Assembly (NCBI GenBank): GCA_016704425.1
Contig: JADJAC010000010.1
Coordinates: 27,694 to 91,693 of the forward strand
From: Sphingomonadales bacterium
GTDB taxonomy: Bacteria; Pseudomonadota; Alphaproteobacteria; Sphingomonadales; Sphingomonadaceae
DNA length: 64,000 nucleotides
Direction: 5' to 3'
The notes beneath the pieces were generated by a model that was not told the DNA's origin, searched no databases, and worked only from the letters and a program-made list of their open reading frames with translations. Within the stretch, counting starts at the first letter, position 1; each line of letters begins with the position of its first letter. A program made the position numbers and the translations under genes. Shown piece by piece: positions 52,325 to 61,059 of the stretch.

Positions 52325-53098
52325 TCAATATAATCGCGTCGCTTCGCCGCCCTCGATCGGGATGGCGGCGCCGTTCACGAAGCTCGACTGGCCCGACAGC
52401 AGCCAGACAATCGCATCCGCAACTTCCTGCGATTCGCCCAGCCTGTTCATCGCGCTGTGGCGGTCGATGATTCTCTTGAACAGCTCCGGTTCGGCCTCGA
52501 CATAGGGGTCGACCATTTCCGAATGGCAATAACCGGGGCACAGCGCGTTCACGCGAAGGCCCTGTTGGCCATAGTCGATGGCCGCAGTCTTGGTCAGGCC
52601 GATGACACCCCATTTGCTGGTGACATAGGCCGCATTGCCGATATCGCCACCGATCAATCCATACATGGACGAGATGTTGACGATCGCGCCGCCACCGCTG
52701 GCCAGCATGGCCGGAATCTCGAACTTCATGCTCCAGAAGACGGCGTTCAGATTGGTGTTGAGCGTCGCAAACCAGTTCTCGTCCGGGATGTCGGCAACCG
52801 GCGTGAACGGGCCGGGGGTAATGCCCGCATTGTTGACCGCGCCATCAAGCCGCCCGAACCGATCCACGGTCATGGCAACCATCCGCTCCACATCGTCGCG
52901 CACATTGACGTCGGTCTTGATGAAGATTCCTTCGCCACCCGCAGCATCGATTTGCCTGAGAACCGCCTGACCCTGCTCCTCGCGTCGGCCCGTAATGGCG
53001 ACTTTCGCGCCCTTGGCCGCAAGCGTGATCGCTGCCGTCGCGCCCAGGCCCGAAGTCGCGCCCGTGATCAGGACGACCTTGCCGTTGAACTCTGTCAT
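52325..53098 (-). CDS. short-chain dehydrogenase/reductase (SDR)
   Basis: ITGATSGLG (TGxxxGxG), NNAG, and YVTSK (YxxxK). Confidence 0.9.
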   Translation of the reverse strand: MTEFNGKVVLITGATSGLGATAAITLAAKGAKVAITGRREEQGQAVLRQIDAAGGEGIFIKTDVNVRDDVERMVAMTVDRFGRLDGAVNNAGITPGPFTPVADIPDENWFATLNTNLNAVFWSMKFEIPAMLASGGGAIVNISSMYGLIGGDIGNAAYVTSKWGVIGLTKTAAIDYGQQGLRVNALCPGYCHSEMVDPYVEAEPELFKRIIDRHSAMNRLGESQEVADAIVWLLSGQSSFVNGAAIPIEGGEATRLY

Positions 53099-53188
53099 GA
53101 AATATCCCCCCCAAGATCCGCCAGCCTAGTTGCACCGGAGACGCGAGTCTCCCGAATTCGACGGCGGATTGCGCCCCGACCCGTCTGG

Positions 53189-53206
53189 AACTTGTCAAAC
53201 TTGTCA
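53189..53206 (+). repeat. tandem direct repeat AACTTGTCA x2
   Basis: Exact 9-nt duplication within GGAACTTGTCAAACTTGTCACTTCC, in the SDR/DUF2946 intergenic region. Confidence 0.6.
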
Positions 53207-53421
53207 CTTCCCGACGCGGTTGCGGATGTGGCCCCCGCTTATCAAATCACCGATCTTGATCTTGACGAGATCGCAGCGACGCCGTTTGCTGTCGATGGCC
53301 ATTGAAGATTCACGCTCTCGCATATTGCTGGTCGATAGCCATTTGCCGAAAAATTGCTGTTTGCCCGATAGCCCAACGACAGGATGACAAACTCAGTCGT
53401 CACAGGTATGAGCCGCTCGGG

Positions 53422-53829
53422 ATGACTGCACTTCGCGCCTTGATTCATGATCATCGCAGGCTTGCCATGCTGCTTCTGGCACTGGCGCTCTGCACGAAGG
53501 CGCTGATGCCTGCTGGTTACATGCTTGGCAGTTCGTCAAGACAGCTGACCGTCGAGATTTGCAGTGATGGGTTCAACAGCCATGTCACAAAGCAGATTGC
53601 CATTCCGATGGACGGCAAATCACAGTCCGACCAGAAGCACGGCAAAACGGACAGCGCCTGTGCCTTCTCGTCCTTGTCCATGGCCTCGCTCGCTGGTGCA
53701 GCTGCGCCGCTGCTCGCGCTTGCGCTCACATTCATTCTGGCGCTCGGCTTTGCTGCCCAGACGCCTGCGCCATTGGGGCGTATCTCCCATCTCCGTCCGC
53801 CACTGCGTGGACCACCGGCTGTTGCCTGA
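53422..53829 (+). CDS. DUF2946-like small membrane/secreted protein
   Basis: MTALRALIHDHRRLAMLLLALALCTKALMPAGYM...EICSDG...ACAFS... Sits upstream of a TonB-dependent receptor and a PepSY gene, the usual context. ATG at 53422. Confidence 0.65.
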   Translation: MTALRALIHDHRRLAMLLLALALCTKALMPAGYMLGSSSRQLTVEICSDGFNSHVTKQIAIPMDGKSQSDQKHGKTDSACAFSSLSMASLAGAAAPLLALALTFILALGFAAQTPAPLGRISHLRPPLRGPPAVA

Positions 53830-54218
53830 CAATCTAGCCTGATTTGTCGGACATTGCCGGAGCGCGCCTGAAACGCGCGCGATCCGGCATAGCCGGAGTT
53901 GCCAACCATGATTCACATTGTGGACCGTTCGCAAGGACAGCCCGGGAAGCCGGACTGCTTGGTGCAGGGCACACGCTGCGCCAAGCGCGATCAACATCGC
54001 CCTGCGCGTTTAACCCGGATTCGCAAGCGCACCCGGAGCTTGATTGGTCTGTGCCTCGCCTTTCGTGCGGGTGATGCAGCTCTGCACGCTCAATGCGCCA
54101 GCAATACGGCCGGCTCCGCGCCTTCAAATAGCGCCCACTTGGACTGTCCAGCTGCTGACCTGACGGTACTCGGGCCAGTAACCCAATTCCCAAATCTCGA
54201 AATTCAAAGGACTTAGTC

Positions 54219-56495
54219 ATGAGAAGTTCACCCTTGGCGGTGGCTTTAGCCATTGCGACCTCAACGCCTGCCTTTGCCAATGAAGCCGCCGATTCTGCAA
54301 TCGACACAGCAAGGCCCGACATCCTCGTCACCGGCCAGCGCCAGAGCGAGACCATCGAGAATGTACCCTCGACCAATGCGTCGGTTGACGCGCAGAAAAT
54401 CGACACCAGTGTCAATGCAGTGAGTGTGGAGGACACCATCAAGTATCTTCCCAGCCTGGTCGTCCGCAAGCGCCACATTGGCGACAATTTCGCGCCGATT
54501 GCCACGCGGACTTCAGGTCTCGGGTCCAGCGCGCGCAGTCTGATCTATGCTGACGGGGCGATCCTTTCTGCGCTGATTGGCAACAACAATGGCAATGGCA
54601 GCCCGCGCTGGACGCTGGTGACGCCCGAAGAAATTGAGCGCATCGACGTGCTCTATGGCCCCTTCTCAGCCGCCTATTCGGGCAACAGCATCGGGACTGT
54701 GGTCAATATCACGACGCGCCTGCCCCAAAAGCTGGAAGCGCGCCTTTCAGCGCTCGTCAACGTCCAGAATTTTGATCTTTATGGCACGCACCAGTCACTC
54801 CCAACGCGGCAGATTTCAGGATCGGTGGGCGACCGATTCGGCCCGCTTTCCCTGTTCGGAAGCTTTACGCGGACCAACGCCCGCAGCCAGCCTGTCAGCA
54901 TCACCTCGATCGCCGGCACGGCCAATCCAACAGGGACGACGGGTGGCTATGCCGATCTCAACCGTCTGGGCCAGGCGATCCGAGTGCTCGGAGCGGGCGG
55001 CATCGAACATCATGTTCAGGATACACTGAAACTGAAAGCCGCGTTCGACATCAGTAATGCCGTCCAATTGCGCTATGTCTTTGGCCTGTGGACCGATGAC
55101 ACGACGAGCACTGTGGATACCTATCTGAGCACAGCAACTGGCCCGTCCTATTCGACGGCGAACAACGGCACGACCGCCGGGTTCAACTCGGCCGTCTATT
55201 TCCGCGATGCCAAGCACCTCTCTCATGTCCTGACGTTGCTAGGCACGTCGCGCCGCTTCAACTGGCAGATTACGGGTACATCCTATGACTATGGTCGCGA
55301 TCTCCAGAGTACACCGTCGACGGCCACGACCGGCGCTACGGTCAATCGTCTTCCCGCAGCCTTTGCCGGCGGCGCAGGCACAGTGCAGCGGCAGGATGGA
55401 ACCGGCTGGGTGACGCTTGACGCCAAAGCCTCACTGCATCTGGGCGCTGGCAATGCCCATATTCTGAGCTTTGGGGGACATTATGATCGCTATACGCTCG
55501 ACACCAACAGCTATCTGATCAGCAACTGGCTGGACCTCTCGACGCAAGGGGCGCGCATCACCACGTCGCGTGGACGGACGCGCATGAACGCGGTCTGGGC
55601 ACAGGATGCTGTCAAAGTTGCCGATGCTTTCACACTGACGTTCGGTGCGCGGCAGGAGTGGTGGCGCGCATCGAAGGGCTTCAACCTGATTGCCTCGGGA
55701 GCATCTGTGGTGCAGCCCGTCCGCAGTGACAGCGTGTTTTCACCCAAAGCCTCTCTCGAATGGAAGGCATCTGATCTCTGGAGCGCCCGCCTTTCAGTCG
55801 GGCAGGCCTGGCGTTTCCCGACGGTGGGCGAACTCTATCAGGCGACCAGCGTCGGAACGTTGCTGACCAACCCCAATCCCAATCTGAAGCCCGAACGTGC
55901 CCGTTCGGCAGAACTTGCGATCCTGCGCAAAAGTGCGACAGGCTTTATCCGTCTCTCGCTGTTCAACGAGCTGATCAAGGACGCACTCATTTCGCAGACC
56001 GGCACAGTTGCGGGTACCTCGGTGACTGCATCGTTCGTCCAGAATATCGACAGGACCCGCGCACACGGCATTGAACTGGCCCTGGACCAGCGTGATGTTA
56101 TGCCAGGAATTGATGTTCAAGGAAGCGTGACCTATGCCGATGCGCAGACCAGCAAGAACGCTGGCTTTCCGGCGTCTGTCGGAAAATTGTTGCCCAGTGT
56201 CCCGCACTGGAAGGCAACCGCTGTTTTGACCTGGCACCCATCAAGCGGCATCGCGCTGACCACGGCTGCGCGCTATGCCAGCCGCAATTATGCAACGCTC
56301 GACAACAGCGATACGGTTGGCAACACCTATCAAGGCTTTTACAAATATTTTGTTGTCGACGCCCGCGCCCAGTTCAAGGCCACAGACCGGATCGAGTTTG
56401 CTGTGGGGGTCGATAACCTCAACAACGACAGATATTTCCTGTTCCACCCCTTCCCTCAACGGTCGTTCACCGCTGAAGTCACCTTGAAGTACTGA
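54219..56495 (+). CDS. TonB-dependent outer-membrane receptor
   Basis: Signal peptide, plug domain (ILVTGQR..., IERIDVLYGP), beta-barrel and a C-terminal aromatic residue (..VTLKY). Confidence 0.93.
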   Translation: MRSSPLAVALAIATSTPAFANEAADSAIDTARPDILVTGQRQSETIENVPSTNASVDAQKIDTSVNAVSVEDTIKYLPSLVVRKRHIGDNFAPIATRTSGLGSSARSLIYADGAILSALIGNNNGNGSPRWTLVTPEEIERIDVLYGPFSAAYSGNSIGTVVNITTRLPQKLEARLSALVNVQNFDLYGTHQSLPTRQISGSVGDRFGPLSLFGSFTRTNARSQPVSITSIAGTANPTGTTGGYADLNRLGQAIRVLGAGGIEHHVQDTLKLKAAFDISNAVQLRYVFGLWTDDTTSTVDTYLSTATGPSYSTANNGTTAGFNSAVYFRDAKHLSHVLTLLGTSRRFNWQITGTSYDYGRDLQSTPSTATTGATVNRLPAAFAGGAGTVQRQDGTGWVTLDAKASLHLGAGNAHILSFGGHYDRYTLDTNSYLISNWLDLSTQGARITTSRGRTRMNAVWAQDAVKVADAFTLTFGARQEWWRASKGFNLIASGASVVQPVRSDSVFSPKASLEWKASDLWSARLSVGQAWRFPTVGELYQATSVGTLLTNPNPNLKPERARSAELAILRKSATGFIRLSLFNELIKDALISQTGTVAGTSVTASFVQNIDRTRAHGIELALDQRDVMPGIDVQGSVTYADAQTSKNAGFPASVGKLLPSVPHWKATAVLTWHPSSGIALTTAARYASRNYATLDNSDTVGNTYQGFYKYFVVDARAQFKATDRIEFAVGVDNLNNDRYFLFHPFPQRSFTAEVTLKY

Positions 56496-56497
56496 CA

Positions 56498-56835
56498 ATG
56501 AACAGCACCGAGCTCTACCGCACAATCTGGCGCTGGCATTTCTATGCCGGGCTGTTCGTGATCCCGCTCATTCTCATTCTGGCGACAACAGGTGCAATCT
56601 ATCTGTTCAAGCCACAGTTGGATCGGTGGGAGGAACGTGCCTTTCAAGACTTGTCGGAAGCGCATGAGGTATCAGCAAATCTCCAGCTGGATGCCGCAAT
56701 GAAGGCCTTTCCCGGAGCAATCTTTCAAAGTTACCGCTTGCCCGAACGATCTGGCGATGCGGCGGTGATCCGCCTCGCCCTGCGCGACGGTCATTCAATG
56801 CAGGATGTCTTCGTCTCCCCGCAAGGTAAGGTGCT
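56498..56835 (+). pseudogene. PepSY-associated TM protein, N-terminal ~112-aa fragment only
   Basis: LYRTIWRWHFYAGLFVIPLILILATTGAIYLFKP and a PepSY-like segment ..VFVSPQGKVL, after which similarity ends. The open frame runs on to 57130, antisense into terC. Full-length family members are several-fold longer, as I recall. Confidence 0.7.
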
Positions 56836-56910
56836 GGTTTGTGCAAGTGCCGGTGCAGAGGCAAGGGCCAAGCCTGCGCCAAGCGGAATGGATAGAACAA
56901 GGCGTTTCAT
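56791..56910 (-). CDS. 39-aa signal-peptide ORF with two Cys (possible gene remnant)
   Basis: Not in track. AGGAGAAAGAGG lies directly before the ATG at 56910, 12 nt after the terC stop. Product is MKRLVLSIPLGAGLALASAPALAQTSTLPCGETKTSCIE*. Its 3' 40 nt are antisense to the PepSY fragment. Confidence 0.35.
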   Translation of the reverse strand: MKRLVLSIPLGAGLALASAPALAQTSTLPCGETKTSCIE

Positions 56911-56922
56911 CCTCTTTCTCCT

Positions 56923-57930
56923 TTACGGGATAGTGATGGACGGGGATTGGCTTGCAGCCGGGACGTTTCGTGTCTTCCACAGCGACCAGCCAATACCGGC
57001 GCCGATAAGAGCGAAAGTGACCGCAAGGCTTGCTGCGGGAGGGAATTTGTCGCCGCCCAGCAAGAAATCGGAGACGAAGATCTTCGAGCCGATGAACACC
57101 AGCACGGCTGCCAGCGCATATTTGAGGTAGTGAAAGCGGTCGATCATGGCGGACAGCGCAAAGTAGAGAGCGCGCAACCCGAGGATCGCCATGATGTTCG
57201 ATGTATAGACAACAAAGGTGTCGGTGGTGATCGCAAAGATCGCAGGGACCGAGTCTACCGCGAACACCAGATCAGCAAGGTTGATGACAACCAGCGCGAG
57301 AAACAGAGGTGTTGCGGCGCGCACCATTTTGCCCGTGCGTTCGTCCGGCACAGAGACGAAAAAGCGTTCGGCATGCAGCTCTTTCGTGACCCGCATATGG
57401 CCGGATATCCAGCGGATGGCGAAATTGTTGCTGAGGTCGGGCTGAGAATCGCCTGCAAAGAACATCTTGATGCCGGTCGCAACCAGGAAGGCGGCAAAGA
57501 TGTAGAGCACCCAATAGGCTTCACTGACCAGCGCGGCTCCGGCGGCGATCATGCCCCCGCGCAGCGCGATGACGCCAATGATACCCCACAACAGCGCACG
57601 GTACTGATACTTTGCCGGAATGGCAAAATAGGTGAAGATGAGGCTGATGACAAAGATGTTGTCAATCGACAGCGCCTTCTCGATGAAGAAGCCCGTAAAA
57701 TACTTCATGCCCAGGTCGGCACCCTTTTCGGCCCAGACCCAAGCGCCAAAGGCAAGCGCTATCGTGATGTAGAAAGCGGACAGCTTCAGCGACTCCGCGA
57801 TGCCCATCGCCCGGTCCTCCTTGTGCAGCAGGCCGAGGTCGAACGCGGTAAGCGCCACTACAATGGCAAGGAACGCCAGCCAGAACCAGACCGGCGTACC
57901 CAAGAAGGAGGCCAGCAGAAATTCGATCAT
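56923..57930 (-). CDS. TerC-family integral membrane protein
   Basis: EKALSIDNIFV and AVDSVPAIFAIT, the paired TerC motifs. 335 aa. Confidence 0.9.
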   Translation of the reverse strand: MIEFLLASFLGTPVWFWLAFLAIVVALTAFDLGLLHKEDRAMGIAESLKLSAFYITIALAFGAWVWAEKGADLGMKYFTGFFIEKALSIDNIFVISLIFTYFAIPAKYQYRALLWGIIGVIALRGGMIAAGAALVSEAYWVLYIFAAFLVATGIKMFFAGDSQPDLSNNFAIRWISGHMRVTKELHAERFFVSVPDERTGKMVRAATPLFLALVVINLADLVFAVDSVPAIFAITTDTFVVYTSNIMAILGLRALYFALSAMIDRFHYLKYALAAVLVFIGSKIFVSDFLLGGDKFPPAASLAVTFALIGAGIGWSLWKTRNVPAASQSPSITIP

Positions 57931-57985
57931 GCAGTGGTCCGATCAGGAAACGAAAATGTAATTGAGGATGTGGAGCGGGAGCGGT

Positions 57986-58252
57986 TCAGTCGAACAGCTC
58001 TTCGAGAAACGATTTTCGCCGCTTGCCATAGTAAGGCTGATGATGCCCAAGAGGGGCTGACGGTGCGGCAACAGGTGGCGCGGCAGGAACGGCTGCGGCA
58101 AGCGAGCGTTCCAGAATCTTGTCCAGTTCCCCTCGATCCAGCCACACGCCCCGACACTTCGGGCAATAATCGATCTCGATTCCCTGCCGGTCACTCATGA
58201 CGAGCGAGACACCGCAGGTTGGGCAGGGCATTTCATCGTGAGAAGTCATCAC
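57986..58252 (-). CDS. TFIIB-type zinc-ribbon protein
   Basis: CPTCG...IEIDYCPKCRGVWLDRGELDKI. Confidence 0.8.
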   Translation of the reverse strand: MMTSHDEMPCPTCGVSLVMSDRQGIEIDYCPKCRGVWLDRGELDKILERSLAAAVPAAPPVAAPSAPLGHHQPYYGKRRKSFLEELFD

Positions 58253-58277
58253 AAGCCTTTTTGGTAATGGAGCAGGT

Positions 58278-58317
58278 AAAAAAGAGAGTTTGGGGCGGCG
58301 AAGGGATGCGCCGCCCC
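58278..58317 (-). terminator. rho-independent terminator after the DUF465 gene
   Basis: GGGGCGGCG-N8-CGCCGCCCC 9-bp stem (58292-58317). On the minus strand it is followed by AAACUCUCUUUUUU. Confidence 0.45.
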
Positions 58318-58330
58318 ATAGCGCAGGGCC

Positions 58331-58504
58331 TTATCGGGGGTTGAGAGACGGGCTGCGCTGTAAACGGGCAATTTCGTCCTTGAGCCTGAGGCGCAGGCGC
58401 TTGAGTGTTTTCATATCATTCTGCCGCGCGCCGTTCCGGCAATTGTCGATGAGCCGGTTCAGGCGGCGATGTTCTTGTTGCAGACGGACAAAATATCGGT
58501 TCAC
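58331..58504 (-). CDS. DUF465 (YdcH-like) small protein
   Basis: VNRYFVRLQQEHRRLNRLID...LKRLRLRLKDEI. AAGGAG lies 7 nt before the GTG at 58504; the track uses TTG at 58522. Confidence 0.75.
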   Translation of the reverse strand: MNRYFVRLQQEHRRLNRLIDNCRNGARQNDMKTLKRLRLRLKDEIARLQRSPSLNPR

Positions 58505-58575
58505 GGCAAATCTCCTTGACAAGCATGAATGAGCCAGAACTTTCGATTGCTCAAATTGAATATATGAGATAATAT

Positions 58576-58592
58576 TGATAGTATATAACTAT
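58576..58592. promoter_or_regulatory. OxyR-type box G-ATAG-N7-CTAT-C
   Basis: GATAGTATATAACTATC, a perfect 6-bp-arm palindrome in an AT-rich stretch, 5 nt before the LysR/OxyR-like ORF. Confidence 0.5.
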
Positions 58593-58596
58593 CAGG

Positions 58597-59514
58597 ATGA
58601 ATATGAGCACACTGCGCCAATTTGCCTATCTCGTCGCCATTGCCGATTACCGGAACTTTCGACGCGCGGCGGATGCAGTGCATGTCTCGCAGCCGACACT
58701 GAGCCAGCAATTGCGGGCACTCGAAGCCCGTCTTGGGGTGACGTTGGTCGAGCGCAACGAGAGTCCGGTTCAGCTAACGCCCATCGGACGTGAAGTCGTC
58801 ACTCGGGCGCGCACGCTGCTGCTGGAGGTGAAAGATATCGAAGACATGACGAAGCGCGCGAAGACCGGGATCGGAGGCACGATCCGCTTCGGCGTAACGC
58901 CCACGCTTGGGCCGTATCTGATGCCGCGCATCGTCGCATCCCTGCACCGCGCCCATCCTGACATGCGCCTGTATGTGCGAGAGGGAATTCCCGATGAACA
59001 GGCCCGCGAACTTGCGCGCGGCGAACTGGACATGATCCTCTCTCCGCTCCCGGTATCGGGCAGCGCGCTGCACATCGAACCACTTTTTCGCGAACCACTC
59101 CATATCGTGTGCCCACCTGATCATCCGGTTGCGAAGGCGGCGCTGGTGCGGAAGCAGGATCTGGCAGGCGCAGGCTTCCTGAGCTTTGACCAGCGCCATC
59201 ATGCTTACCGTCAGGTCAGGGAAGTGTGCGAGGACTTTGGCGCACTGGTGCTTGAGGACTATCAGGGAACAAGCCTCGATGCCCTTCGCCAAATGTGTGG
59301 CTCGGGGCTCGGCTTCGCGATCATTCCGGAATTATACCTGCGCTCCGAGGTCGGTGGCGAGGACATGGTCAAGCGGCTTGACCTGGCGGATTGGAGTGCA
59401 AGCCGGTCGATCGCTGCAGTTTGGCGCGACGGTGCTGCTTATTCCGACATCTACCGGATTATCGCCGAAGCGATCGCCGGCGAAGCGCGTCGCATTCTCG
59501 GCGAGGACTTCTGA
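58597..59514 (+). CDS. LysR-family regulator, OxyR-like but with His at the sensing-Cys position
   Basis: LRQFAYLVAIADYRNFRRAADAVHVSQPTLSQQLRALE. By-eye alignment: FDQRHHAYRQVREVCEDFGA versus E. coli LEDGHCLRDQAMGFCFEAGA, so C199 becomes H and C208 is kept. Confidence 0.85.
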   Translation: MNMSTLRQFAYLVAIADYRNFRRAADAVHVSQPTLSQQLRALEARLGVTLVERNESPVQLTPIGREVVTRARTLLLEVKDIEDMTKRAKTGIGGTIRFGVTPTLGPYLMPRIVASLHRAHPDMRLYVREGIPDEQARELARGELDMILSPLPVSGSALHIEPLFREPLHIVCPPDHPVAKAALVRKQDLAGAGFLSFDQRHHAYRQVREVCEDFGALVLEDYQGTSLDALRQMCGSGLGFAIIPELYLRSEVGGEDMVKRLDLADWSASRSIAAVWRDGAAYSDIYRIIAEAIAGEARRILGEDF

Positions 59515-59529
59515 TAGATAATATCTATC
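59513..59529. promoter_or_regulatory. OxyR-type box GATAGATA-A-TATCTATC (ATAG-N7-CTAT)
   Basis: Perfect 8-bp arms overlapping the regulator's stop codon, ~95 nt upstream of the BI-1/YccA gene. Confidence 0.5.
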
Positions 59530-59623
59530 AATTTTCGCCTATTGAATCCATCAATCGCTCATAGGTCTGCAAAGCTTCCTGTATTAGATTGCTCGTACTT
59601 TCGGATTAACAGGAAAAGACCAG

Positions 59624-60343
59624 ATGGAACCGTATTTCGAAGCCTCCGCAAACGCGCGAGCCCAGTCGACATCCACGTTCGACGCGGGGCTCCGGCAGCA
59701 TATGCAGGGCATTTACCGCAACATGGGTATCGCGCTCATCATTAGCGGGTCGATAGCTTTTGCGATCAGCGCAACGCCAGCTCTCTACCAGCCGATCTTT
59801 GGCACGCCGTTGAAGTGGGTGGCGATGTTCGCGCCGCTGGCGTTCGCTATGTTATTCAGTTTCCGGTTTGACCGGATGAGCCTCCAGGGCGCCTTTGCCT
59901 GCCTTTGGGGCTTCGCGGCAGTGATGGGCATATCCATGGCGAGCATCTTCCTGGTGTTCACTGGTGCCAGCATTGCCAGCACCCTGTTCATCGCGGCCTC
60001 GATGTTTCTTGCGGTCAGCCTTTTCGGTTATACCACGAAATCTGATCTGTCGCGCTGGTCGAGCTTCCTGATCATGGGACTGATCGGTGTTGTCATCGCA
60101 TCGCTCGTCAATCTGTTCATGCAGTCGGGCCCGATGCAGCTCGTGATTTCGATCATCGGCGTGATTGTGTTCACCGGGCTGACCGCATGGGATACGCAGC
60201 GTGCGAAAGCCGAGTATGTCGCCTACGGAGCTGGTGCGGCGACAGAGAAGTTGGCGGTAATGAGTGCGTTCTCCCTCTATCTCAATTTCGTCAATATCTT
60301 CCAGCTTCTGCTCCAGTTAATCGGGGTGCAGAAATCTGAGTGA
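59624..60343 (+). CDS. Bax-inhibitor-1/YccA family membrane protein
   Basis: FDAGLRQHMQGIYRNMGIAL followed by 7 TM segments, and ...AFSLYLNFVNIFQLLLQL. Confidence 0.88.
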   Translation: MEPYFEASANARAQSTSTFDAGLRQHMQGIYRNMGIALIISGSIAFAISATPALYQPIFGTPLKWVAMFAPLAFAMLFSFRFDRMSLQGAFACLWGFAAVMGISMASIFLVFTGASIASTLFIAASMFLAVSLFGYTTKSDLSRWSSFLIMGLIGVVIASLVNLFMQSGPMQLVISIIGVIVFTGLTAWDTQRAKAEYVAYGAGAATEKLAVMSAFSLYLNFVNIFQLLLQLIGVQKSE

Positions 60344-60661
60344 CGATCCTTCAGCAATTACTCTCAACAAGAGTGCGACATGACCGAACATCAGGCACTT
60401 GAGAGAGCGGCAAGAATCTGAACGAACGCCCGCCTGGCCATCGTTGCTCCAGCAACATGCCGTTCCAGACCGTCCCACTTCTCAGTAATTTGGAGACTGA
60501 AATTGAATGTCTGCTTTGTTGTCGCAAGCAGACAGTATAACCTGACCCAAACCCATCCTTTGCAACACAATCGCCACAAACAGGCCTTCAATGCTGTTGC
60601 GCGGAGCGGGTGAGGCGCTAAAGGCCTTTTCATTGTCTGAAACCAGCCTTTGGGGGCACGC

Positions 60662-61057
60662 ATGGCGCGATCATCCGCGCGGCCACTTTCGCCGCATCTG
60701 GGTATCTACAAATGGGGGCCGCATATGGCGGTCTCGATTCTCAACCGCGCAATGGGGGTCGGGCTGGCGACGGTCGGCATGGCGGCGCTGGTCTGGTGGC
60801 TGGTTGCCGCAGCCACGGGCAAGGAAGCCTATGATCTTTTCATGAGCTGGGCGAGCTGGTGGCCAGGCAAGGTCGTTGCGGTTGCGCTCACCTTCACCTT
60901 CTTCCTGCACTTGTGTGCGGGGCTGCGCCATTTCGTCCTTGATCTTGGTGCGGGCTTCGAATTGCAGACCAACCGCGCCTGGGCCTGGGGAACACTGATC
61001 GGGGCATTCGTCCTGACCGGGCTGACCTGGCTCCTCATTATCTGGAAGGGACTCTGA
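60662..61057 (+). CDS. sdhC: succinate dehydrogenase cytochrome b556 subunit
   Basis: RPLSPHLGIYKW...SILNRAMG...HLCAGLRHF. Confidence 0.92.
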   Translation: MARSSARPLSPHLGIYKWGPHMAVSILNRAMGVGLATVGMAALVWWLVAAATGKEAYDLFMSWASWWPGKVVAVALTFTFFLHLCAGLRHFVLDLGAGFELQTNRAWAWGTLIGAFVLTGLTWLLIIWKGL

Positions 61058-61059
61058 CG

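Noticed and set aside
53830-54218. Possible cobalamin or other riboswitch in the 389-nt leader of the TonB-dependent receptor
   Set aside because: I looked for the B12-box-like AGYCMGG-GACCKGCC core and the GCCACTG element and found neither. Only a GGGAAGCC fragment and a GC hairpin are present. The region is left as unexplained, not called.
57931-57985. yybP-ykoY (Mn) riboswitch upstream of terC
   Set aside because: Only 55 nt separate terC from the upstream zinc-ribbon gene. That is too short for the four-helix riboswitch, and no conserved motif is visible.
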